DNA from: an uncultured Methanomicrobiaceae archaeon
GTDB lineage: Archaea; Halobacteriota; Methanomicrobia; Methanomicrobiales; Methanoculleaceae
Assembly (NCBI GenBank): GCA_963826525.1
Contig: CAWGXH010000003.1
Coordinates: forward strand, 603,789 to 667,788
Direction: 5' to 3'
DNA: 64,000 bases
In this document: in pieces, positions 1 to 10,250 of the stretch
Layout of the letters: every line of letters starts with the position of its first letter
How positions within the stretch are numbered: the stretch's first letter is position 1
Made by a program: the position numbers and the translations under genes
The notes under the pieces: model-generated
What the model saw: the letters and a program-made list of their open reading frames with translations, nothing else
Databases searched by the model: none
Told to the model about the DNA's origin: nothing

Positions 1-1842
1 GCGCTGTATATCTTCGGGTTCCGGGAGGGGCTGCAGTATCTCTTTCCGCAGACATCGGCGCTCGTCATCGATTTTGCCGTTTTTGCGATCCTCTTCGTCA
101 TCGTCTTCGTCAGCACCGACGTTGCGTTCCGCATCCAGTACGTGATCCTCGCCGTCATCATCGCCTCGCTCATCTCGGTCTTCGCCGCCGGGCTGCTTGC
201 GCCGCCGCCGCTGACGTTCACCGAGCCCGCCCCTCCCCTCTCCTACTGGGTCGTCTTTGCCGTCTTCTTCCCGGCGGCGACAGGGATCATGGCAGGCGTG
301 AACATCTCGGGAGAGCTGAAAGATCCGCGGCGGAGCATCCCGGTGGGAACGCTCGCGGCGATCGCCGTCAGCCTCGCCGTGTACCTCGGGCTTGCCTTCT
401 GGCTGGCCGGTTCCGCGACACCGGAAGCCCTGGTATCCGACTTCACCATCCTGATCCAGACGTCGGCGTTCGGCCTGCTCGTCCTGGCCGGGCTCCTCGC
501 CGCGACCTTCTCCTCCGCCTTAAACTCGCTCGTCGGGGCTTCCCGCGTCCTCCAGGCCATGGGAGAGCACAACATCCTTCCCGGGAGCAGATGGATCACC
601 CGGCGCTCTGCCGGCGGGGTTCCGAGAAATGCCCTCCTGCTGACCGGGCTGATCGTGGTTCTGGGGCTCCTGCTCCGCGACCTCAACGCGATCGCCCCGC
701 TGATCACGCTGTTCTTCCTGATCACCTACGCTATGATCAATATCGTCATCCTGGTGGAGCAGAACCTGGGCCTGGTGAGTTTCCGCCCGCGCCTTACCAT
801 CCCGCGTGCCGTTCCGCTCGCCGGAACAGCCGGCTGCCTCTTTGCTATGTTCATCATCAACCCGCTCTTCAGCCTCTTTGCGATCATCCTGGTAGGAGCC
901 TTTTACTACATCCTGATGCAGCGCCATCTGAACGGCACGACGCCATATGGCGACGTCAGGAGCAGCCTCTTCGTGGCACTGGCGGAATGGGCGGCAAAAA
1001 AGGCACAGACGCTCCCCGCATCCCAGGAACGGGCGTGGATGCCGAACCTGCTCGTCCCGGTCGACAATTCGGCGGAACTACGGGGAACCTCGGAGTTTAT
1101 CCGCGACATAGCCTATCCCGGCGGCTCGGTCGGTATCCTCGGGGTGGACCATGGGCGCCAGGAGCTGCGCCTCGAGATGCATATCCCGTACCTTGCAGAA
1201 GACTTCCGGAGGGACGGCATCTTTACGACCTGGACGGTCGTCCGGGCTCCGACGTTTGCCGACGGGGTGGTGATCAGCATGCAGGCGCTCAAAAGGACAA
1301 TATTCCCGCCGAACATCGTCTTCCTCCGGATGCCGGGATCACCGGAGCGGGAGGGGGAGACCGCGACGATCATCCGGAGAGCCGCCGAGAGCCGGATGGG
1401 TGCCGTCCTCTACGCCGCCCATCCGAAGGCCGGGCTCGGGCGCCGCAGGAGGATCAACCTCTGGATGCCGGAGGCGTGCATGGAGTGGACGCCCGGAACG
1501 GTACTGCCGAACTGCGACCTTGCCATCCTGCTCGCCTACAAACTCGTGATCAACTGGAACGCAGCCGTCACCATCATCGCGGCGGTCGAAGACCCCGGGA
1601 GAGTCTCCGCCGTGCGTGAGAGCCTTTCGGCGCTTCTGGAGCAGGCACGCATCCCGCACGCCGAACTGCTGGTGGTGAACGACCGGTTTGACGACTACCT
1701 CGGCAGCGAACCGCAGGCGGATCTGAATATCTTCAGCCTCTCACCGGAGCCTGATTTTACAGCGATCCGGACGATCGTGGAGAGGACCCGTTCCACCTGC
1801 CTTTTCTGCCGCGATTCGACGAGCGAGAGCGCGTTGGTATGA
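1..1842 (+). CDS. Amino acid permease / cation-chloride cotransporter (SLC12/CCC-like), 5' end outside window
   Basis: Frame open from base 1; FAVFFPAATGIMAGVNISGELKDP motif, many TM helices, CCC-type cytosolic C-terminal domain (W.PNLLV). Confidence 0.85.
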   Translation, partial: ALYIFGFREGLQYLFPQTSALVIDFAVFAILFVIVFVSTDVAFRIQYVILAVIIASLISVFAAGLLAPPPLTFTEPAPPLSYWVVFAVFFPAATGIMAGVNISGELKDPRRSIPVGTLAAIAVSLAVYLGLAFWLAGSATPEALVSDFTILIQTSAFGLLVLAGLLAATFSSALNSLVGASRVLQAMGEHNILPGSRWITRRSAGGVPRNALLLTGLIVVLGLLLRDLNAIAPLITLFFLITYAMINIVILVEQNLGLVSFRPRLTIPRAVPLAGTAGCLFAMFIINPLFSLFAIILVGAFYYILMQRHLNGTTPYGDVRSSLFVALAEWAAKKAQTLPASQERAWMPNLLVPVDNSAELRGTSEFIRDIAYPGGSVGILGVDHGRQELRLEMHIPYLAEDFRRDGIFTTWTVVRAPTFADGVVISMQALKRTIFPPNIVFLRMPGSPEREGETATIIRRAAESRMGAVLYAAHPKAGLGRRRRINLWMPEACMEWTPGTVLPNCDLAILLAYKLVINWNAAVTIIAAVEDPGRVSAVRESLSALLEQARIPHAELLVVNDRFDDYLGSEPQADLNIFSLSPEPDFTAIRTIVERTRSTCLFCRDSTSESALV

Positions 1843-1853
1843 CGCCGCCCGGC

Positions 1854-2039
1854 TCACAGCAGGAAAGCCCAGGCAGAGTAGGAGACGATCACCATCACGA
1901 CGATGACCACGACGAAGACCTTGTACAGACAGCGGGTGCAGATACCGAGTACTCCGCTGCATTCCTCGCAGCAGGGTTCCGAACAGATCTTGCAGGTCGA
2001 TGAAGCTTCGTTATCGGGGTGACGCGAGCATGATGCCAT
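1854..2039 (-). CDS. Small B-box-like Zn-finger protein with C-terminal TM helix
   Basis: CSRHP-x7-CKIC-x2-PCCEEC-x6-CTRC followed by hydrophobic VFVVVIVVMVIVSYSAWAFLL. Confidence 0.65.
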   Translation of the reverse strand: MASCSRHPDNEASSTCKICSEPCCEECSGVLGICTRCLYKVFVVVIVVMVIVSYSAWAFLL

Positions 2040-2365
2040 TGCTGATTGTTGGACCGGGGGATGCTATGAATCTATTGAATGAACCGCGCATCTCCACCTC
2101 CTGCACTGCAAACTGCTCGCAAACGGGAACGAACGGTCATCCGCCGGTACATGAGTGCCGGAGAAGTGTATCGCGGATCTCTCCCGGGAGGCAGTAGATC
2201 CCGGAAAAGGCGTGACAGCCCCGGAGATTCCCTGCAGGAACTGCAATTATTCCGGTAAACACCCTGCGCGCCTGATAACCATAATTCTCTTATCGGATGC
2301 AATATTATTTAATTACAGCAATATAACTAGGTGAATAATTGAAATACGGGGGGTTAGCCGATACC

Positions 2366-4740
2366 GTGAACAATACTGATAATCTTGCTTTCGATCCTCT
2401 GCAGGCCTTCTCCATCCCTGGTGAGCCGAGCATCGGCATCCTCGTGCTGGACCGTGACCGGAACGTGCTCTGGTGCAACGATGCCGTGCAGGAGATCATC
2501 GGAATTCCTCCCGATGCCGCCGTCGGCATGAATGCCGTGCAGATCATCGACACCTACCTGCTGCCGCGATTGCAGGACCCTTCATGTGCTCACTGCCTGC
2601 GAAACCTTCTCCACGCCGAGACGGCGCCCCCGCCGTGCGGGTGCCTGATCCGTACGGATTCCGGCGAAACCTGCCTCCTCTCGTGCTCCTGCCAGTACAT
2701 CGCGACCGGACCGTTTCAGGATATGATCGTCATCCGGTTCCGGGATATATGCCGGCCGGAGAGACTTGCCGGGGCTTATGCTCAGCAGAGCCATCTCACG
2801 CTTCTCGCCGAGATGTCCCAACTCTTCGAGACCGCCGGCCTCTCTCCGGGCGAGATATTCACGGCGATCGCCGGGCTGCTGCCGCTCGCTCTCCACTATC
2901 CCGACCAGGCATACGCCAGAGTGGTGATCGACGATACGGTGTACAGGCCGGGACGTTCCTGAAACACCCTCTCGACTGACGGCCGATCTCATCATTCACG
3001 GCAGCCGGCATGGGATGGTCGAGGTAGGCTACACCACGCGACCTTCCGAAAGGGAGGGTGAGGCATTCAGCCGGGAAGAGTCGGTCTTCCTGCACCTGGT
3101 TGCCGGGATGATCGGGCGGGCGCTCGGTCGGCTGCAGGCCGAAGAGGCGCTCGAACGGCAGGCTGCCCTGCTCGATCTCACGCACGATGCCGTTACCGTC
3201 TGGGGCATGGATGGGCGTATCACCTTCTGGAACCGGGCTGCCGAAGAGGAGTATGGCTGGAGCGGCGACGAAGCACTGGGGCAGGTGACGCACGATCTCC
3301 TACAGACGCATTTTCCGGCCTCGCTTGAATCCAGTATCGCCGAACTCGTCCGTACGGGACACTGGGAGGGTGAACTGGTAAAGTTCCGCCGCGACGGATC
3401 ACGCGCCGTCGTTGCGAGCAGATGGGCGCTCCAGCGAGGGAGCGATGGAAAACCGGTCTCAATCCTCGAGATCAATAGCGACATCACCGGAAGAAAGTGT
3501 GCAGAAGCGGAGATACGGATGCGGAATAGCCATCTCGCCGTACTCAATCAGATCATCACGGTCTCAGCCTCGGCACTCTCGTTCGACGAGCTTATGGAGG
3601 CGTCGCTCTCAAAGACCATGGAACTCCTGGACTTCGATCTCGGCGTTGTGTACCTGCTCGACAGCGATCGCACCCGGGCGCTCCCAAAATATCGCCGGGG
3701 AACGCCTGCATCCCTGCACCATCGCCAGCGCTTTGTCAGTATCCACAACTGGCCGTATAACTTCGTCTTCATCGCCGGCCAGGCACGATACTTCGAGCAG
3801 GAGGAGAATCCGGGCTTGATGGAGGCGGAGCTCCTCCACGATTACGGCGTCAGTGCTCTTGCCGCCATCCCGCTCGTTGCCGAGTCGGTCGTCGTCGGGG
3901 CGATCTTTGTCGGGAGCAGAGAGAAGACATCGCTCTCACTCTCCGAAAAGAGCCTGCTCGAAGCGATAGGCAAGGAGATTGGTGCCGGTGTACTGCGGAG
4001 CATGCTGCACAGAAAACTTGAGGTCGCAAACCGCGAGGCGAATCTCTATCTTGATATTCTGACCCACGACATCAGGAACGCCGAGAACGTCGCCAGCCTG
4101 TACTCCGATCTCCTCTTCGAGATGCTCGACGGTGTCGCTGCCGAGTACGTCGACAAGGTGCGGGCGAGCATCATGAAGGGAACCGAGATGATCAAGTTTG
4201 TCTCGACGATCAGGAATATACATCAGGAACCGATTCTCCTCCGCCCGATCCACCTCGACTCCGTCATCAGGGATGAACTCCGGGATACTCCGAACGTTAC
4301 GCTCACCTCCTGCGAGTCGGTTCCCGAGGTCTGGGCGGACGAGTTCGTCGGGGAGACTTTTAAAAAGTCTCATTGGAAACAGCTTGAAATTCGCCGGCCC
4401 CGACGCTGCGATCGTCGTGAGGGTGGAGGAGTCTTCGGACGAAGTTATCGTCTCGGTGGAGGATTTCGGGCCGGGCGTGCCGGATGACGCGAAAGAAAAG
4501 ATATTTTACCGGTTTGAACCGGAGAAGAGCCAGGGTACCGGCACGGGTCTTGAGCTCTACGTTGCGCGGTTGATCGTCGAGCGTTACGACGGTCGAATCT
4601 GGGTGGAAGACCGGGTCGAAGGGTGTCCCGAGCTCGGGGCGGCATTTAAGTTCACGATGAGGACCGTCCTTCCGGAGGACCTGAACCTGCCGGGGTATGA
4701 AGAAACCCTGCACCGAGGAGCAGAATCCCGTGATGTATGA
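2366..4740 (+). CDS. PAS/GAF sensor histidine kinase (frameshifts at ~2960 and ~4362)
   Basis: ORFs 2339-2962, 3015-4487 and 4198-4740 join by +1 shifts: PAS, PAS-PAC, GAF, H-box LDILTHDIRN, HATPase (GNSLKF, EDFGPG, GTGLEL); GTG start at 2366 inferred. Confidence 0.85.
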
Positions 4741-6040
4741 GAACGCGGAGCGGCTGGTCCGGTTCGGAGGCGGCAGCGGGGACCAGGCGGCAGGTGACGA
4801 TGCCCCGGTGCTCCGTGTCGCCGGAGACGGCGAAGTACTCGAGGCAAACGAGGCGAGTCTCCCGCTCCTTGCCTACTGGAATCTCCTTATCGGGGATCGG
4901 CTCCCCGGCCCATGGCTCGGGGCGATCGAGGCCGTTCTCACGACCGGGGAGGAGGAGCGGGTCGATCTCTCGACGGAGACGAACGCCTACTCGCTTACGT
5001 TCACCCCCGCCGGCGACGGGGAGTGCGTCATCCTCTCCGTTCGGGAAGCTGCCGAAAGCAGAGGGAGCGACCTTGGATGCCTGGAGTTCCTCTGCGGCAT
5101 GCAGAGCGGCGTCGCCATCTTCAGTGCGTGCGATAACGGAAGATCCTTCCTTGTCACCTCTCTCAATCCCGCCGCAGAGCAGAGGGGCGGTGTCGGGATT
5201 GCGGGTTTCGTCGGGAGACGGATAACCGATCCTTCAGGCGGTGCGGAGTCGCCCGGGATCATCGATGCACTCCGTCGGGTCTGGAAGACGGGCAGTCCCG
5301 AATATCTCCCGTTGCAGTTCTACCGGGACGGACGTCTTGCCCTCTGGTGCGAGATCCATCTCTGCCGCCTCCCTTCAGGAGAAGTTGTCGCCGTCGTTGA
5401 TGACAAAACCGAACAGAAGCGGATGGAAACCTCCCTCATCGAGAGCGAAGAGAAGTTTCGGGGCATCGCTCAGCGCAGTTTCGATCTGATCTTCATGTCC
5501 GACCGCGACGGGGCGATTACGTACGCCTCGCCTGCGGTGCAGCGGGTGCTCGGATGCGCACCTGATGCGATCACCGGCAGGAGGTTCCGGGAGTATGTCG
5601 CTCACCACAACCGTTCTGTATTCCTCCGGGCATCGCGACGGCTGCTTGCAGGGCAGGATGTGGAAGGCCTGATCCTCGAATGTGTGCGGAACGACGGCTC
5701 GCCCGTCTTCGTGGAGATCAACGCGTCCCCCATCGTCAGGAACGGCGTTGTCACGGGGATCCAGGGGGTCGGCAGGGATGTCACCGGGCGGATCTCTGCG
5801 GAACACCAGAAAAAGCAGGCATACGATCAGATCAGCCGCAATATCGAGCAGTTTGCTATTCTCGGGGATCACATCCGCCAGCCGCTCCAGGTGATCCTCG
5901 GGACTGCCGATATCATCGGCGACGAGAGGAGCGACACGCTGGTCCAGCAGGTCAGACGGATCAACAATATCATCAGGCAGCTCGACCAGGGATGGATCGA
6001 GTCGCGCAAAGTACAGGAGTTTCTTCGACGGTACGAGTAA
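4733..6040 (+). CDS. Multi-PAS protein with C-terminal DHp-like helix pair, no HATPase
   Basis: PAS/PAC repeats then IEQFAILGDHIRQPL...LDQGWIESRKVQEFLRR and stop; ATG overlaps end of upstream kinase. Confidence 0.8.
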   Translation: MYENAERLVRFGGGSGDQAAGDDAPVLRVAGDGEVLEANEASLPLLAYWNLLIGDRLPGPWLGAIEAVLTTGEEERVDLSTETNAYSLTFTPAGDGECVILSVREAAESRGSDLGCLEFLCGMQSGVAIFSACDNGRSFLVTSLNPAAEQRGGVGIAGFVGRRITDPSGGAESPGIIDALRRVWKTGSPEYLPLQFYRDGRLALWCEIHLCRLPSGEVVAVVDDKTEQKRMETSLIESEEKFRGIAQRSFDLIFMSDRDGAITYASPAVQRVLGCAPDAITGRRFREYVAHHNRSVFLRASRRLLAGQDVEGLILECVRNDGSPVFVEINASPIVRNGVVTGIQGVGRDVTGRISAEHQKKQAYDQISRNIEQFAILGDHIRQPLQVILGTADIIGDERSDTLVQQVRRINNIIRQLDQGWIESRKVQEFLRRYE

Positions 6041-6122
6041 CGGGCGTGCCATCAGGCGCGTTGCCGGGTTTTTCTCCATCGACAAAAACCTATATCTCAT
6101 CTCCTGCACATCTCATGCCCGT

Positions 6123-6499
6123 ATGGCGACCCGGAGACAGATTGAGGCTACGCGTGAGAACCTGAAACGAGCCCAGAAATCCTGGCATGAGATGAATCGC
6201 CGCGAGCACTCACCGGAGACGCCGGAGGATGATGAGAGCGTTCACCCCGGGGACGAACGATCGGCAGCGGACGACCGGTTTCTGGCATGGTCGCGGATGA
6301 TCATGACGGAACCTGACCGGCTCACACCGGCACAGCGCCGGGCACGGCAGGAGAATATCAAGAAGGCTCAGAGAGCCCGCAGTTATGAGTCCTGGACGAA
6401 GAAGGAGCTCTACGAGCGGGCGACACAGACTCGGTATCCATGGCCGTTCGCAGATGGCGAAAAGCGAGCCTGATCGAGGCGCTGCGGGCGAAACAGTAG
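6123..6499 (+). CDS. Small basic protein with two Q..A.xENxKxAQ repeats and Rho-N-like C-terminus (two frameshifts)
   Basis: WTKKELYERA continues as LGIHGRSQMAKSE/LIEALRAKQ* after removing extra bases at ~6427 and ~6469. Confidence 0.6.
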
Positions 6500-6561
6500 A
6501 GCCGCCTCTCCGAGGGTCGCCGCCAGCCCGCCGGGAGTGTTCTTCCCCCGCTTCACGTCAT

Positions 6562-7185
6562 CTATCCGGCCTTCCGGAACACTGCCTCAATCTCGACCCT
6601 CGGGTAGTCTTTTCCCCTGATCCGCATCTGCCACCGGTGGGTCTGCACGCGGACGGGAGTCAGCATGGAGAAGAGGTCGGCGGTCTCTTCAGCGGTGAAG
6701 TAGTGGGTGAGAATGGCATCGCCGCGCCGGTAGGTCCGCTCCTCGACCTCTGTTCCCTTTCCCGCCCGCATATCCTCCGTGGAGAAAGCCCGGAAGAAGA
6801 GGAGGCCTCTGTCCCGCAGAACGCGGGAGGTCTCGGCTGCAATGCGGGCTCGGCCGTCTGCGAGCAGATGACCGGCGATGTGGAAGAGGAATACGGCGTC
6901 GAAGCAGCCGTCCCGGAGAGGAAGCGAGCAGGCGTCGGCGACAAGCAGGCGGGTGCCGGACGCTCCGAACCGCGTGCGGCTCATACCGACGGCGCTCGGC
7001 GAGATGTCGAGCGCCGTTATGACCCAGCGCTGCTCTGCCATTGCCGCGAGTGTCTTGCCGTCCCCGCACCCGAGCTCGAGGACGGACGAGCCCGGCGGCA
7101 GCTCCGGAAGGCGCTGGGTGACGCCGCCCCAGAGCCTGCCCCGGCGTGCGTAGTCGTTCTCCCACGGTGCAAAGCCTGTATCCAC
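6562..7185 (-). CDS. Class I SAM-dependent methyltransferase
   Basis: VLELGCGDG motif I, LDIS, ADA..LP..DGCFDAV; GTG start at 7185 inferred. Confidence 0.85.
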   Translation of the reverse strand: MDTGFAPWENDYARRGRLWGGVTQRLPELPPGSSVLELGCGDGKTLAAMAEQRWVITALDISPSAVGMSRTRFGASGTRLLVADACSLPLRDGCFDAVFLFHIAGHLLADGRARIAAETSRVLRDRGLLFFRAFSTEDMRAGKGTEVEERTYRRGDAILTHYFTAEETADLFSMLTPVRVQTHRWQMRIRGKDYPRVEIEAVFRKAG

Positions 7186-7211
7186 GGATCTATGGTTGCA
7201 CGGAATGCAGG

Positions 7212-7692
7212 TTAAATGGTTCGCGTGTCGGGCACGAACTGCAGGGATGCCGAGTTCATGCAGTATCGCTTGTGCGTCGGCGGCGGGCCGTCGTCGAAGA
7301 CGTGGCCGAGGTGCGCGTCGCACCGCCGGCAGAGCGCTTCGGTCCGGGTCATGAACAGACTCTTATCGCTCTTCGTGGCGACGTTCAGATCCGAGACCGG
7401 TTCAAAGAAACTCGGCCACCCCGTTCCCGACTCGAACTTCGCCTCGGACCGAAAGAGGTCGGTCGAGCAGCAGACGCACTGGTAGATTCCCTTCTCTTTG
7501 CAGTCCCAGTAGCGCCCGGTGAACGCGGTCTCGGTGCCTGCCTTCCGGGCGACGTAGAACTGTTGCGGCGTCGAGCTGTTTTTGCCATTCTTCGTCCGTC
7601 TTTCGGACCTTCTCGACCAGTTCCACCGAATCGGTTTCGGCATTATAGATCCTGACGAGCTCCTGCTCGCCTGCGGATACTGTAGGTTCCAT
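7212..7692 (-). CDS. msrB: Peptide-methionine (R)-S-oxide reductase MsrB (frameshift ~7572)
   Basis: KTDEEW, GTE.AFTG, KFESGTGWPSF, HLGHVF.DGP, RYCMNS; two CxxC zinc motifs. Confidence 0.95.
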
Positions 7693-7778
7693 TGTTACTC
7701 CTCCCGTGCACGAAGCAGACTTGTCGAAGGTATATAAAATAGTCTCCTCCCGGCATCCGCACCGGGAGGCAGCGTGCA

Positions 7779-8828
7779 TTAACTCTGATTGTAATGCTTC
7801 CGGAGGAACCGTCGCACCTTCTCGGACTCCACCCAGCCCCGGTCGAGCCGGTCGACGATGCCGTTGATGACCGCTGCCTGCTCGAGGATCTTCCCCGAGT
7901 AGGGCGTCTCCTCGATCCCGGCGAGGCCGACGATAACGGCCAGCGGGTTCCGGATATGATCGCCGAGCACGGCAAACTGCTCGATGTTCTGCTCGATCTG
8001 CTCGAAGGACTTCTTTCGGATCTCTTCGGTGCGCTTCCGTTCGGATATATCTCGCGAGATCGACAGAACGGTCGGTCGTCCCTGCAGAAGGAACCGGATG
8101 GCGTTTATCTCGACGGGTATCCGCTCGCCGTCTTTCGTGACATGCTCCATCTCGAGGAGGATCCGGTCGGTCACCCTGAACTGTTTCAGAACTGCCGAGA
8201 TCTCTCCGATCTTCTCCGGGGGGGTGATATCGAGCGGCGATAGACGAAGCAGCTCGTCCCGGGTATACCCGAGCCTTCTCGCGGCGACCTCGTTTACCTC
8301 GATGAACCGCACCGGCATGGCGTCCGGCGAGAGCTCGAAGACGAGGACGGCATCGTTCCCCTTGTTAAAGAGCATCCGGTATCGTTCTTCACTCTCGGAA
8401 AGCCGCCGCTCGGTCGTCTTCCACCGGGTTATCTTCCGGTAGATGTCGAGCCGGTGCTGCAGCATCGGGTAGATCTTGAGCATCCGGCTGGTGTACTCGA
8501 GCCAGAACTCCTGCCCTTCCGGGGTGACGGCGTGGAGTTCGAGGTTATGGACGTTCTGCTGCTCCCTGTTTGCGGAGAGGACGGCGTCCGATACCTCCTC
8601 CGCACGCTCGAGAGTCGGGGCGATGATTGTCCGGAAGAACTCCTCGCCCTGCATCCCGGCGACCTCCCGGTCACGGAGGCTGAAGAACCTCCTCATTGCG
8701 GCATTCACCCACCTGATCCTTCCGTCCCGTCCGACGAGGACGACGCCGTCTTCGAGTTCGTTCAGTACATGGAAGATGGTGAAGAGGAAGAACATCGACA
8801 TATCCGCATTTTTCTCAACGTGCATCAT
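7779..8828 (-). CDS. PAS-PAS protein with C-terminal DHp-like helix pair, no HATPase
   Basis: Two PAS/PAC domains then IEQFAVLGDHIRNPL...LDRGWVESEKVRRFLRK and stop. Confidence 0.8.
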   Translation of the reverse strand: MMHVEKNADMSMFFLFTIFHVLNELEDGVVLVGRDGRIRWVNAAMRRFFSLRDREVAGMQGEEFFRTIIAPTLERAEEVSDAVLSANREQQNVHNLELHAVTPEGQEFWLEYTSRMLKIYPMLQHRLDIYRKITRWKTTERRLSESEERYRMLFNKGNDAVLVFELSPDAMPVRFIEVNEVAARRLGYTRDELLRLSPLDITPPEKIGEISAVLKQFRVTDRILLEMEHVTKDGERIPVEINAIRFLLQGRPTVLSISRDISERKRTEEIRKKSFEQIEQNIEQFAVLGDHIRNPLAVIVGLAGIEETPYSGKILEQAAVINGIVDRLDRGWVESEKVRRFLRKHYNQS

Positions 8829-9032
8829 GCTGAATCACCCTATAGTCCATTCGGTTTTCCTATCGCCGTAGGAAGTACATTTCCATGATTGTTTTATAAA
8901 CATTGTGAAAGTACTCTGCTCTCTCAGCATTCCATTCACGGATTATACCGGTTATGACCTGCCCGCAGGAGAAGCATGGATGGTGTGCGATGCAATTCGG
9001 ATCGGTTAAATCCCGTCCCACCCCTGAGAAGA

Positions 9033-9473
9033 ATGATGAGAAAACCCGGCATGGTATGTCTCCTTCTGGTCTTCTGTCTTGCATGCATCCCCGGTTGCAT
9101 GACGCAGCCGGGAGAGCCCGCATCTCCTGCGGCGACGCCCGTCGAGACCCCCGGTCCTGCAGCGGAACTCTCGGCAGGGCCGCACCCCTCGTTCGACTCC
9201 TCGGTCGTGAGCCTGCAGAAACACTACCGGACCGATGGTTCCTGTTACTGGGTGGCCACGGCAAAGGTCACCAATACCGGTGACGTCGCCGGAAGCGGTG
9301 TCGTTGTCAGATTTAAACTGGTGGACGACGAGAGCGGCAGCATCCGCTCGACCGGAACCGAGTTTCTCTCCCGGTTCGGTGCGCGGGATACGAAACAGTT
9401 CACCCGGGAACTGAACGGCGAGTGCGATCGGTCGTATCACCTCGAGATCGAGACGCTCTACGATATCTCCTGA
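9033..9473 (+). CDS. Predicted lipoprotein with Ig-like (FxLYD/CARDB-like) domain
   Basis: Basic N-terminus, hydrophobic stretch and IPGC lipobox, Pro-rich linker, V.N.GD..G..V.V beta domain. Confidence 0.65.
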   Translation: MMRKPGMVCLLLVFCLACIPGCMTQPGEPASPAATPVETPGPAAELSAGPHPSFDSSVVSLQKHYRTDGSCYWVATAKVTNTGDVAGSGVVVRFKLVDDESGSIRSTGTEFLSRFGARDTKQFTRELNGECDRSYHLEIETLYDIS

Positions 9474-9539
9474 CCCGGCCGGTGCGGCAGCAAGAGAGAA
9501 GAATTATTTCGGTCTGTGCCGAGTAGCGGGAGGAGACTT

Positions 9540-10235
9540 ATGAGAATACTTGGGATTAACGGGAGCCCACGCGGGTCGAAGAGCCAGACGCTGCGGCTGC
9601 TGAGCGCGGTGCTCGACGGTGCCCGCTCGGCCGGGGCGGAGGTTGAGATGGTGGATGTCTGCAAACTCCGGATCGAGTACTGCAACGGATGCACCGTCTG
9701 CTACGAGCGTGGCGAGTGCGTCCGGAAAGACGACTTTACCGGGCTGTATCAAAAGATGCTCGAGAGTGACGGCATCGTCTTTTCCTCCCCGAACTACATC
9801 AACTCCGTTACGGGGCAGGTGAAGACGATCCTCGACCGGATGGCGGACGCCATCCACTGCCAGATCTTCACCGGCAAGTACGGCTGCGCCGTCTCCACCG
9901 CCGGGGGTTCCGGGGCGGACGAGGTTGCCGACTACTTAAACAGCGTCCTGCAGGTTCTCGGGGCGAACACGGTCGGCAAAGTCGGCGTCGTCCTCGGCCC
10001 TGACCCGGAGGCGATCATCCCGGCGGAGCGGCATGCCTACGAACTCGGAAGAGCCCTTGTCGACGCTATTCTGAACCGGACGACCTACCCGGAGCAGGAG
10101 GAACTGCACGCGGCAATGACCGACCGCATGCGGCGTCTCGTCATCGCGAACAAAGATCGCTGGCACCACGAGTACGAGCACTGGAGCAGGATCGGTACGG
10201 TGGCGGAGCGGCTTGAAGAGGGGAGGCCGGAATAA
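9540..10235 (+). CDS. Iron-sulfur flavoprotein (Isf) / flavodoxin family
   Basis: GINGSPR, CNGCTVC-x5-C, SPNY; AGGAG RBS before ATG. Confidence 0.9.
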   Translation: MRILGINGSPRGSKSQTLRLLSAVLDGARSAGAEVEMVDVCKLRIEYCNGCTVCYERGECVRKDDFTGLYQKMLESDGIVFSSPNYINSVTGQVKTILDRMADAIHCQIFTGKYGCAVSTAGGSGADEVADYLNSVLQVLGANTVGKVGVVLGPDPEAIIPAERHAYELGRALVDAILNRTTYPEQEELHAAMTDRMRRLVIANKDRWHHEYEHWSRIGTVAERLEEGRPE

Positions 10236-10250
10236 TCCTCTCTCCCGTGC

